A DNA stretch of 32,000 nucleotides from Candidatus Saccharimonadota bacterium. GTDB taxonomy: Bacteria > Pseudomonadota > Gammaproteobacteria > Burkholderiales > Burkholderiaceae. The stretch covers positions 390,001 to 422,000 of the forward strand of contig NZ_AP023215.1 in NCBI RefSeq assembly GCF_016593155.1, given 5' to 3'. Of this stretch, positions 23,888 to 32,000 are shown in pieces. Made by a program: the position numbers and the translations under genes. The notes under the pieces are model-generated. The model saw only the letters and a list, made by a program, of their open reading frames with translations, made no database searches and was not told where the DNA came from. Every line of letters begins with the position of its first letter. Positions within the stretch are counted from its first letter, which is position 1.

Positions 23888-24604
23888 ATGATAAAACCTA
23901 TTTATAAACGTGTTCTTCTTAAATTATCAGGTGAAGCATTAATGAAGGGAAATTCTTATAACATTAATTCTTCTGTGATTAAAAATATGATTTCTGATAT
24001 TGCTGAAATTGTTTCTTTGGGAGTGGAATTAGCTATTGTTATTGGGGGTGGTAATATTTTTAGAGGTATTTCAAATAAAATACAAGGTATAGATCGTTCT
24101 ACTGCTGATTATATGGGAATGTTGGCTACAATTATAAATTCTTTAGCGTTATTTGATATGCTAAATAAATCTGGAATTATATCTCATGTAATGTCGGCAA
24201 TTAGTATTGAAAAATTTTTAGAATCATATATTCCTTTAAACGCAATTAAATATTTAGAAGAAGGAAAAGTTGTGATTTTTGCGGGAGGGACAGGAAATCC
24301 ATTTTTTACAACAGATACTGCTGCTGCGTTAAGAGGAGCGGAAATTAAAGCAGAAATTATACTTAAAGCAACTAAAGTTGATGGAATTTATAATACCGAT
24401 CCAAATAAAGATTTATCTGCAATTAGTTATAAAAGTATTACTTTTGATGAAGTAATTTCTAAAAGATTAAAAATTATGGATTCAACTGCATTTTCTTTTT
24501 GTCGTGATCAAAAATTACCTATTAAGGTTTTTTCAATTATTAAATCAGGAGCATTAAAACGAGTAATAGAAGGAAAAAATGAAGGTACTTTAGTTTATGT
24601 ATAA
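23888..24604 (+). CDS. pyrH: UMP kinase
   Basis: 238-aa ORF with [20 protein letters not shown] and [11 protein letters not shown]. Confidence 0.95.
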   Translation: MIKPIYKRVLLKLSGEALMKGNSYNINSSVIKNMISDIAEIVSLGVELAIVIGGGNIFRGISNKIQGIDRSTADYMGMLATIINSLALFDMLNKSGIISHVMSAISIEKFLESYIPLNAIKYLEEGKVVIFAGGTGNPFFTTDTAAALRGAEIKAEIILKATKVDGIYNTDPNKDLSAISYKSITFDEVISKRLKIMDSTAFSFCRDQKLPIKVFSIIKSGALKRVIEGKNEGTLVYV

Positions 24605-24685
24605 TTTTATTATATAATTTGAAAATTATTTTTTTATTAGTTTAGTTTTAGAAAATTTAAATTTAATCTTAAGGAAATTTATATT

Positions 24686-25246
24686 ATGACAATTATTGAT
24701 ATAATAAAAAATACTGAACAAAAAATGTTAAATACTATAAAAATTTTAAAAGAAAATTTAAAAAAAATACGAACTGGACGCGCTAATATAAGTATGTTGG
24801 ATTATATTCAAGTAAAATATCATGAAAATTTAACGAAACTATTAAAAATTGCTAATGTTATTTTAGTTAATTCACATACTATTAGTATACAACCCTTCGA
24901 ACAAGAAATGACTTCTATTATAAAAAAAGCAATTAATGAAGCTAATTTAGGATTAAATCCAACAATTCAAAATGATGTGATTTATATATCAATTCCTCCT
25001 CTAACAAAAGAACGAAGAGAAGAAATTGTTAAATTAATAAAAAATATAACAGAAGAAACTAAAATTTCTATTAGAAAAATACGTAGAGATTCTAACGAAA
25101 TTTTAAAAAAATTACTTAAAAATAAAATTTTATCAATAGATGATGAGTATCGAAATCAACATAATATACAAAAATTAACTGATAAATTTATTTTAGAAAT
25201 AGATCAATTATTAATTAATAAAGAAAAAGAAATATTAACATTTTAA
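24686..25246 (+). CDS. frr: Ribosome recycling factor
   Basis: 186-aa ORF with IRTGRANISMLD and IPPLTKERREE. Confidence 0.95.
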   Translation: MTIIDIIKNTEQKMLNTIKILKENLKKIRTGRANISMLDYIQVKYHENLTKLLKIANVILVNSHTISIQPFEQEMTSIIKKAINEANLGLNPTIQNDVIYISIPPLTKERREEIVKLIKNITEETKISIRKIRRDSNEILKKLLKNKILSIDDEYRNQHNIQKLTDKFILEIDQLLINKEKEILTF

Positions 25247-25278
25247 TTAGATTTTATATATCTATTTTAAGATTTAAT

Positions 25279-27081
25279 TTAATAAAGATTTTTATTAATT
25301 TTTGTATTTTTATATAAAATGTTTAATTCATTTAATTGTTTTTTATCAACAATAGATGGGGTATTTGTAAGTAAACATTGTGCGTTTTGAGTTTTTGGGA
25401 AAGCAATTACATCACGAATAGATTTAGATCCTGTCATTATTGTAATTAAACGATCTAACCCAAATGCTATACCTCCATGTGGGGGTGCTCCATATTTCAA
25501 AGAATTAAGTAAAAATTCAAATTGAGTTTTTACGATTTCATCATTAATATTTAATACTTTAAATATATTTTTTTGTATTTTTGCATTATGAATACGAATT
25601 GACCCCCCTCCTATTTCTCGTCCATTAATTATAAGATCATAAGCTTTAGAAAAAATTTTTTCTGGATTAGTAAGAATAAAATCTTCATACCCATCCTTTG
25701 GAGCGGTAAAAGGGTGGTGTCTTGCTATCCAATTATTATTAGTTTCGTCATATTTAAACATTGGAAAATTAATTACCCATAAAGGACGCCAATTATTATC
25801 AAATATATTATTTTTTTTTCCAAAATCACTGCAACCTATTTTAATACGTAATGCACTCATAAAATTATTAACAATATTTTTTTCGTCAGCTCCCAAAAAA
25901 ATTATATCACCATTTTGGGCTTTTGTTTTATAGATAATTTTTTCTAGAGTTAAGTTATTAAAATATTTAATAATTGGAGATTTTAAACCATCAAGTCCTT
26001 TAGAAATTTTATGAATTTTAATGTATACTAATCCTTTTGCGCCATGAGTTTTTACAAATTGTGTGTAAGAATCTATTTCATTTCGTGAAATATCCAATCC
26101 ACCTGGTATTTTTAAACCAATTATTTTACCATTTTTCATGTTGGCAATTTTAGAAAAGAGTTTAAAATTAACATTTTTCATTATATTTGTTAAATTTGTA
26201 AAAATTAATTTTATACGCGTGTCTGGTTTATCTGATCCGTATAATTTTATAGCAGTAGACCATTCAATAATAGGAAATGGATTTGGTAATTTAATATTAA
26301 GTGTTTTATCAAAAATAACACGAATCATGTTTTCAAATAAACTACGTATTTCTTCTTCATTCATAAATGAAACTTCACAATCAATTTGCGTAAATTCTGG
26401 TTGACGATCAGATCTTAAATCTTCATCACGAAAACATTTTGTAATTTGATAATAACGATCAAAATTTGCAATCATTAATAATTGTTTGAATAATTGGGGT
26501 GATTGCGGAAGAGCAAAAAATTTTCCTGGATTGATGCGTGATGGAACTAAATAATCACGCGCACCCTCTGGTGTTGATTTACCTAATATAGGGGTTTCAA
26601 TCTCAATAAATTTTTTAGAATCTAAAAATTTTCTTATTTCCATTGTTACTTTGTGTCGTAATCGTAAATTTTTTTGCATATGTTTATAACGCAAATAAAG
26701 TACACGATATTTTAAATTAGTAACTTCTAATATATTTTCTTCGTCTATTTGAAATGGAAGAGTTACTGAGGAATTTAATATTTTTAATTTTCTACATAAT
26801 ATTTCAATATTTCCAGATATTAAATTAGTATTATTAGTTTTATTAGGTCTTTTACGCACTTTTCCAATAATTTGTAAACAAAATTCACTACGAATTATTT
26901 TAGAAATTTTAGATATTTTTATATAATTAGGGTCGCAAACTATCTGCACTAATCCCGTATAATCACGTAAATCTATAAAAATGATTCCACCGTGATTGCG
27001 TTGTCGATGTACCCATCCACATAAACTAATAACCTGGTTAAGTAATTTTTCTGTGATATTTCCGCAATAATGTGTTCTCAT
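25279..27081 (-). CDS. aspS: Aspartate--tRNA ligase
   Basis: 600-aa ORF with an N-terminal OB fold (MRTHYCGNIT…GWVHRQRNHGG), class II motif 2 FRDEDLRSDRQPEFTQID and motif 3 GGIAFGLDRL. Confidence 0.96.
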   Translation of the reverse strand: MRTHYCGNITEKLLNQVISLCGWVHRQRNHGGIIFIDLRDYTGLVQIVCDPNYIKISKISKIIRSEFCLQIIGKVRKRPNKTNNTNLISGNIEILCRKLKILNSSVTLPFQIDEENILEVTNLKYRVLYLRYKHMQKNLRLRHKVTMEIRKFLDSKKFIEIETPILGKSTPEGARDYLVPSRINPGKFFALPQSPQLFKQLLMIANFDRYYQITKCFRDEDLRSDRQPEFTQIDCEVSFMNEEEIRSLFENMIRVIFDKTLNIKLPNPFPIIEWSTAIKLYGSDKPDTRIKLIFTNLTNIMKNVNFKLFSKIANMKNGKIIGLKIPGGLDISRNEIDSYTQFVKTHGAKGLVYIKIHKISKGLDGLKSPIIKYFNNLTLEKIIYKTKAQNGDIIFLGADEKNIVNNFMSALRIKIGCSDFGKKNNIFDNNWRPLWVINFPMFKYDETNNNWIARHHPFTAPKDGYEDFILTNPEKIFSKAYDLIINGREIGGGSIRIHNAKIQKNIFKVLNINDEIVKTQFEFLLNSLKYGAPPHGGIAFGLDRLITIMTGSKSIRDVIAFPKTQNAQCLLTNTPSIVDKKQLNELNILYKNTKINKNLY

Positions 27082-27316
27082 AGTATAAATATGTGTAAAA
27101 TTTGTATTTTAAAAAATATTTATTTAAAAATTAAATTTATTGATAATAATTTAAATTCTATTTAAAATTAAACGATTTTATTATACACTTAATATAGATT
27201 AAAATTAATAATTTAAATTAAATTTATTAATATAATTAAATTTTTTTAAAAAATTTCTTATATTACTATTTACTAGTAAATATTTATATAAATTTTATTT
27301 ATTGGGGTATAAAAAT

Positions 27317-27928
27317 ATGATGGTTTTATATTCAGGTACAACTTGTCCATTTTCTCAGAGATGTCGTTTAGTTTTATTTGAGAAAGGTATGGATTTTGAG
27401 ATTCGTGATATTGATCTTTTTAATAAACCAGAGAATATTTTTAGGATGAATCCATATGGTCAAGTACCTATATTAGTTGAGCGTGATCTAATTTTATATG
27501 AGTCAAATATTATTAATGAATATATTGATGAACGTTTTCCTTATCCTCAATTAATGTCATCTGATCCATTAATGAGAGCTAGGGCGCGATTGATGTTATT
27601 AAATTTTGAAAAAGAAATATTTACTCATTTATATATACTGGAAAATGAAAAAAATAAAACTTCTATTAAATTTTATAAAAGAGCACGTGAAGAGATTCGT
27701 GATCGTTTAATTACTTTGGCTCCATTATTTTTAAAAAATAAATATATGTTAGGTGATGAATTTTCAATGTTAGATGTAGTCATAGCCCCTTTATTATGGC
27801 GTCTTGATTATTATGGTATTAATTTATCAAAATCTGCTTCTCCTTTAATGAAATATGCTGAACGAATTTTCTCTCGTCCATCTTATATGGAATCTTTAAC
27901 TCCAGCAGAAAAAATTATGCGTAAATAA
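27317..27928 (+). CDS. sspA: Stringent starvation protein A (GST-like RNAP-associated regulator)
   Basis: MMVLYSGTTCPFSQRCRLVLFEKGMDFEIRDIDL…NPYGQVPILVERDLILYESNIINEYIDERFP is colinear with SspA. The track ORF begins at an upstream TTG (27302). The ATG at 27317, preceded by GGGG, fits the family N-terminus better. Confidence 0.9.
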   Translation: MMVLYSGTTCPFSQRCRLVLFEKGMDFEIRDIDLFNKPENIFRMNPYGQVPILVERDLILYESNIINEYIDERFPYPQLMSSDPLMRARARLMLLNFEKEIFTHLYILENEKNKTSIKFYKRAREEIRDRLITLAPLFLKNKYMLGDEFSMLDVVIAPLLWRLDYYGINLSKSASPLMKYAERIFSRPSYMESLTPAEKIMRK

Positions 27929-28121
27929 TTTTTGAGTTATTTTATTAATAATAAAAATATTTTTTGTAAACTATTTTATTTTTTGTATTTTTAAAATATC
28001 AGTTTATAATATATTATTTAATAATATTTTTGTTATGTTAGAGATTTAAATTTATTAGATATCTCTGTTAAGTTGTATAATAGATACAAAAAATGTATGA
28101 TTAGTGTATTATTGAAAATAA

Positions 28122-28347
28122 TATATTATTATGGTAAAAATTAATTCAAATAAAAATGTTCATTGAAATTTGTTTTAATAATTTGTTTTAATGAAAAAAT
28201 TATATTAAATATTACTCGTGAAGCGATTAATAAATTAATTTAAATAAAAATTTAATTTCTTTTAATGCATATTTTAATGGTTTTATTGAAAAAATATTTA
28301 TATCAGTTGTTTATATAAACATAATTTATTTCAAGGAAAATAAATAA
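28122..28347 (+). pseudogene. sspB: Stringent starvation protein B (ClpXP adaptor) pseudogene
   Basis: Three colinear pieces lie in three different frames, each ending in a stop. They are 28122-63 YIIMVKINSNKNVH + TGA, 28193-240 EKIILNITREAINKLI + TAA, and 28243-344 NKNLISFNAYFNGFIEKIFISVVYINIIYFKENK + TAA. They match, without gaps, the SspB substrate-binding domain as I recall it for E. coli (TPHLVVDV…VQVP / DGQIVLNIAPRAVGNLEL / VRFNARFGGIPRQVSVPLAAVLAIYARENG). The relic sits directly downstream of sspA, the canonical position. Confidence 0.72.
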
Positions 28348-28513
28348 AATAAGGCGCAATATTTAAAATTTTATAAATTAAAAAAAATTCAATATTATCA
28401 AAAAAAATAATTATATATTTCACAAATTTTAATGTTTAATAATAAAAATATTAGTACAAATAATAATTTTAGTAATAAATTTCAGATTTTTTAAAAATAT
28501 TAAATAATATAAT

Positions 28514-28589
28514 GCTGGCTTAGCTCATCTGGTAGAGCGCCTGACTTGTAATCAGGGGGTAGTAGGTTCAAGTCCTACAGCCAGCGCCA
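28514..28589 (+). tRNA. tRNA-Thr (anticodon UGU)
   Basis: The acceptor is GCTGGCT/AGCCAGC and the D arm is GCTCATCTGGTAGAGC. The anticodon stem CCTGA/TCAGG carries loop CTTGTAA, and the T arm is GTAGG-TTCAAGT-CCTAC. The discriminator is G and a genomically encoded CCA follows (28587-89). Confidence 0.95.
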
Positions 28590-28634
28590 ACGTAAATTAA
28601 AATTTTTATTATTAAAATTATTTTTTCGTTAATT

Positions 28635-29258
28635 TTAGGAAAAATTTTTATTTTTGTGTGTCATTATAAAATGTCCTAATTTTTTAGCTTTTGTATTTAG
28701 GTAGTGATTATTAAAAGGATTTCTGTTTACTAAAATAGATATACGCTCAACTACAGTGACACCAAATTCTTTCAAAGCAGCGACTTTATTAGGATTATTG
28801 GTCATCAATCGAACTTTATTTATACCAAAGTGATCGAACATTGATTTAAGATTTTTATAATTTCTTTGATCATCCGCAAATCCTAATTTTTGATTAGCTT
28901 CTACTGTATCAGCTCCTTCGTCTTGTAATTTATAAGCTCGTAATTTATTAATTAAACCAATACCTCTTCCTTCTTGTCTTAAATAAAATAATACACCTTT
29001 ATTTTCTAAAGCAATTTTTTTTAATGCTGTTTCTAATTGAGCGCCACAATCACAACGTTGACTAAACATAGCGTCTCCAGTTAAACATTCTGAATGAATT
29101 CTTATAAGTATTGTTTCAAAATTATTTAAAACGCCTAGTGTAATTGCTAAATGTTCTTTTCCTGTTGTATCAACAAATGCATGTAATTGAAAAGTAGCCC
29201 AAGGTGTTGGTAAATTACAGGTAGTTATATACTTCAGAGTTTCTTCATCATATGACAT
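28635..29258 (-). CDS. ribA: GTP cyclohydrolase II (riboflavin biosynthesis)
   Basis: 207-aa ORF with LPTPWATF, zinc/catalytic motif HSECLTGDAMFSQRCDCGAQLE, and RQEGRGIGLINKLRAY. Confidence 0.93.
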   Translation of the reverse strand: MSYDEETLKYITTCNLPTPWATFQLHAFVDTTGKEHLAITLGVLNNFETILIRIHSECLTGDAMFSQRCDCGAQLETALKKIALENKGVLFYLRQEGRGIGLINKLRAYKLQDEGADTVEANQKLGFADDQRNYKNLKSMFDHFGINKVRLMTNNPNKVAALKEFGVTVVERISILVNRNPFNNHYLNTKAKKLGHFIMTHKNKNFS

Positions 29259-29579
29259 AAAAACCTCAAAAATAAAAAATATATAAAGTAACTCTGAAAA
29301 ATTATATTTTATTTTTTATTAAATTAATAATAAAAAATTTTTTATTTAAATATATTTTTATATAAAAATATAATTTATCAAAATTATATGAACTAATTAA
29401 AAATTTTTTTTAAATAATTCTTTATTAATTAATTTATTTAAAAAATTAATAATTATATAAATAAAATTTTTAGATAATTTGTATAAGTTTATAAAAATAA
29501 AATGAATTGAATTAATATCGTATAAAATTATTTTTAATTAATATTTTATATAAATAATTTTATATAAATATATAAATTA

Positions 29580-30500
29580 TTAATTATCTATAATTTTATT
29601 GATTAATTTTCTATTTAATGTAGGGGATAATAATTTTATAAAAGAATAAACATAGCCAGGCAAATAAGTGCCTTGTTTAATTATTACGCGTGATACAGTA
29701 GTCCCAAATAAATGATTAGCTGAAATTGAACGAATATTTTTATCGCGATTAGAATCAAATGCTATGCTAGCAATAATACCAATACCTATACGCAGCTCAA
29801 CATATGTTTTAATAATATCAGCATTTATTGTTTCTAGAATAATATGGGGGGTAAGTTTTTGTAGAAAAAATTCACGATCAAGTTTGATTCTACCAGAAAA
29901 TGCTGAATCATATGTTATTAATGGATAATTTGATATTTCTTTTAAAGAAATAGAATTTAATAAAAGCAAAGGATGATCTAATGGTACTATAATAATATAT
30001 CCCCATTGATAACAAGGTATAGAAATTAATTTATCATTAGGAGGTAATATTTCAGTGGCAATTGCGATATCAGCTTGATCGTTTTGTATCATTTCTGCAA
30101 TTTGTTTAGGATTACCTTGTAATAAAGATAATTTAACTTTTGGAAATTGAATAGTAAATTCTTTTACGATTTTAGGTAATGCATAACGCGCTTGCGTGTG
30201 AGTAGTTGCAATAGTTAAATTTCCAGTATCATGCATAGAAAATTCTTTACCTATTTTTTTTAAACCTTCTATTTCTTGCATAATTATTTCAACTGAACGT
30301 AATATAGCTTGACCAGGCTTTGTAAGTCCGCGAATTCTTTTGCCATGACGCGTAAAAATATCGATACTTAATTCTTCTTCAAGTTCAATAATTGCTTTTG
30401 ATACACCGGGTTGGGAAGTATATAAAGCTTTAGCTGCTTCTGTTAAATTAAAATTTTGTCGCACAGCTTCTCGTACGAAACGGAATTGATGAAGATTCAT
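29580..30500 (-). CDS. cysB: LysR-family transcriptional regulator, CysB/Cbl type
   Basis: MNLHQFRFVREAVRQNFNLTEAAKALYTSQPGVSKAIIELEEEL (wHTH), TTHTQARYALP and DADIIKTYVELRIGIGIIA are colinear with CysB. The track ORF extends 32 codons further to a TTG at 30596. I call the ATG at 30500, which aligns with family N-termini (306 aa). Confidence 0.88.
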   Translation of the reverse strand: MNLHQFRFVREAVRQNFNLTEAAKALYTSQPGVSKAIIELEEELSIDIFTRHGKRIRGLTKPGQAILRSVEIIMQEIEGLKKIGKEFSMHDTGNLTIATTHTQARYALPKIVKEFTIQFPKVKLSLLQGNPKQIAEMIQNDQADIAIATEILPPNDKLISIPCYQWGYIIIVPLDHPLLLLNSISLKEISNYPLITYDSAFSGRIKLDREFFLQKLTPHIILETINADIIKTYVELRIGIGIIASIAFDSNRDKNIRSISANHLFGTTVSRVIIKQGTYLPGYVYSFIKLLSPTLNRKLINKIIDN

Positions 30501-30794
30501 CGCATATTTTCTCTGTACTTTATAAAAATAAAATTTAAATATATATTTTTTCTTATTTTTTAACCAATAAATTGTAATTTTTATTATTATAAGCAAATAA
30601 ATACTAATCTTTTAGAATAAAAAGAAATTATATTATAATTTTAAATATTGTAAATTATATCTTATTATTATTTTTTATGGTATAGATAAGTATTATATTA
30701 TCATATAATATCAATGTTATTTAGGAAAATTAGATGTATCATTATGATAAATATGATATTAATAAGTAAATTAAATATTAATTTATTAACTAAT

Positions 30795-31163
30795 ATTATA
30801 TGTTGTCCTGGTAAAGATTTTTTTTACTATCTAATTCTATTAAATTACCTCAAATAAAAAAAATATTATAAAATGTTTTAACAAAGATTATCAAAATGAT
30901 ATTAGAAAAATTTCATTAAATATTTTTGGATATATTAATTCTTGTGGGTACTATATCTTGGTTTAGATAAAGATAGAAATGAATATTTCAAATATTAATT
31001 GGCGGTTCTTAGGGAAAAACTTAGTATCGGAAAAATAATTAGACTGTTTTTTTATGCAATTAAGCTTCAAATATTATCCATCGTATTTTATAAGTTATTT
31101 ACAGTATCGAATAAAAAATAAATATTTTATAAATACCGTGAAACACGTAGGAATTATTATTTG
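30795..31163 (+). pseudogene. cysI: 3'-terminal relic of sulfite reductase hemoprotein (CysI/NirA family)
   Basis: Colinear motif remnants lie in shifting frames. 30801-24 reads CCPGKDFF, a C-x5-C motif whose second Cys is now Phe. 30907-48 reads KISLNIFGYINSCG, a GCPNxCG motif whose first Cys is now Tyr, followed by TAG at 30964-66. 30986-31009 reads FQILIGGS then TAG. 31054-31140 reads MQLSF…YLQYRIKNKYFINTV; after a 1-nt frameshift, VGIII is followed by TGA at 31161-63, which overlaps the next ATG. Motif spacings (about 36, 12 and 48 codons) match E. coli CysI as I recall it. Only about 370 nt of a gene normally about 1.7 kb remain. Confidence 0.55.
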
Positions 31164-31650
31164 ATGCGTAAAATTATTAAAAATAATGTTATTGTTAATG
31201 ATTATTGGAAGATATTTTATGAAAATGACCGTAAAAAAGAAAATGTAAATTTTTTAGAAGATCATGTTATAGCTCTATTTTATATTTTTGAAAAAATATT
31301 TAAAATTTAATTTTGATAATAATTTTAATCTTAGTATTTGGATTAATAGCAATGAATATTCAGAAGAACTTAAATGTTTTTTAAAAAAACCGAAACAATT
31401 TAAAGTAATTAAAATTAATTTTATAAAATTTACTAATAGTAGAGGTTTTTCAATTACATATAATTTACGTATAAAATTAATTATACCGAAGAACTTTGTG
31501 CGATAGATGGATATATTACAAAATCATTTTTTATATGAAGATAGTTAATTTTCATTCATTTATTATATGTCATTGATTTTAATTCATTTATTATAGATTC
31601 ATATACGTCATGATAAAAGTATTTATTTTGTATTACATGGTTTAAATATA
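31163..31650 (+). pseudogene. DUF934-family protein pseudogene (the small ORF that normally follows cysI)
   Basis: ATG at 31163 opens MRKIIKNNVIVNE…, which stops at 31220. The sequence continues in four further frames. These are 31203-307 YWKIFYENDRKKENVNFLEDHVIALFYIFEKIFKI, the track ORF 31288-31506 (…FNLSIWINSNEYSEEL…FKVIKINFIKFTNSRGFSITYNLRIK), 31482-505 YTEELCAI, and 31510-45 DILQNHFLYEDS then stop. Together they recapitulate the DUF934 pattern (M..IIK…D.W … GVWL.SDE … I.FP.FTDGRG.S.A.LLR … GELRAIGDVL.DQLFYM). The 3' boundary is approximate. Confidence 0.7.
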
Positions 31651-31742
31651 TTTTTAAAAAAATATCAATTATCTGTTTATAAAAAAATATCGTTATTTCG
31701 ACGAGTAAATTATTTTTTTTCATAAGTAATTATTTACTTTAA

Positions 31743-32000
31743 TTTTATGAAAATCTGAGATTTAATTTTTTTTTAAAACTGTTAAATGTTTTAAATAATA
31801 TTATTACAGATTATAAATCGGTTATTTTTGTATCAAGTTTAACTGTAGAAAATATTATAGTATTAAAAGATTTAATTCTTCGTAATAATTTTAATATTAA
31901 TATTTTTACATTAAATACTGGTCGTATATATACTAAAACATTTTATATACTTAATAAAATTTATTTAACTTATAAATATAAAATTATAGTATATTATCCT
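31743..32000 (+). CDS. cysH: Phosphoadenosine/adenosine phosphosulfate reductase, 5' part (runs off the window; start codon unresolved, possibly a pseudogene)
   Basis: It is absent from the ORF track. The frame is open for 86 codons from the TAA at 31740-42 to the window end. It reads …ITDYKSVIFVSSLTVENIIVLKDLILRNNFNINIFTLNTGRIYTKTFYILNKIYLTYKYKIIVYYP. This matches the PAPS-reductase N-terminal pattern (ASSFG.ED.VL.DL…I.VFTLDTGRL..ETY…Y…I.VY.P). There is no in-frame ATG/GTG/TTG. The only nearby ATG (31747) is out of frame by one base. Confidence 0.6.

Noticed and set aside
27968-28018. A possible further N-terminal piece of the sspB relic (KLFYFLYF*NISL*YII versus …AFYEWLLDNQLTPHLVV).
   Set aside because: Its spacing to the well-supported part is about 110 nt too long. 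It competes with the better-placed YIIMVKINSNKNVH match at 28122. F/Y/I/L/N strings arise easily by chance in this composition.
28040-28066. Inverted repeat AGAGAT-N15-ATCTCT (with palindrome AGATATCT) as a possible sspA terminator.
   Set aside because: The stem is 6 bp with a 15-nt loop and no trailing T tract. It lies about 110 nt past the sspA stop, inside what is probably decayed sspB sequence.
28635-29258. ribA appears somewhat more G+C-rich than its neighbours, raising the question of recent horizontal acquisition.
   Set aside because: The same modest elevation is seen in other highly conserved genes here (groEL, groES, tsaD). It is explained by amino-acid constraint, and no flanking repeats or integration scars are present.
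29259-29579. Possible FMN riboswitch or other leader RNA upstream of ribA.
   Set aside because: The 321-bp spacer is almost devoid of G/C and cannot form the conserved G-rich FMN aptamer core. Only trivial short A/T repeats are present.
30501-30596. A 32-codon N-terminal extension of the CysB-type ORF (MLIIIKITIYWLKNKKKYIFKFYFYKVQRKYA), starting at a TTG.
   Set aside because: The extension is low-complexity AT-rich read-through. The family N-terminus (wHTH begins at residue ~1-5) aligns with the ATG at 30500.

Overview
This window is an extremely A+T-rich, gene-dense chromosome segment made almost entirely of core housekeeping genes. They are yidC-mnmE, tsaD, ybaB-dnaX, glyA, groES-groEL, gyrB-dnaN, alaS, holB-tmk, ygfZ, map, rpsB-tsf-pyrH-frr, aspS, sspA, ribA and a CysB-type regulator. 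There are also three tRNAs (Lys-UUU, Leu-CAA, Thr-UGU) and RNase P RNA. Residue signatures of GroEL, SspA and CysB and the local gene orders look betaproteobacterial (Burkholderiales-like). The composition, shortened genes and missing conserved neighbours (dnaA, recR, intact sspB, intact ung) point to an obligate, genome-reduced endosymbiont. That is inference, and naming the organism needs a database search. The genetic code is standard: UGA terminates and conserved Trp is TGG. I found no mobile element, CRISPR array, prophage, toxin/defence locus or secretion locus, and I do not see a convincing novel multi-gene system. What the ORF track does not explain is mostly gene decay that can be read directly from the sequence. 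(i) A uracil-DNA glycosylase pseudogene lies upstream of groES. (ii) An sspB relic lies behind an intact sspA. (iii) A cysI-DUF934-cysH sulfate-assimilation operon is in graded decay opposite an intact CysB-type regulator. (iv) dnaX is only gamma-length. There are also two near-perfect tandem repeat arrays: 25 bp x2 in the groES leader and 21 bp x4.5 between map and rpsB. All homology statements come from by-eye translation and remembered family motifs. Pseudogene boundaries are approximate.
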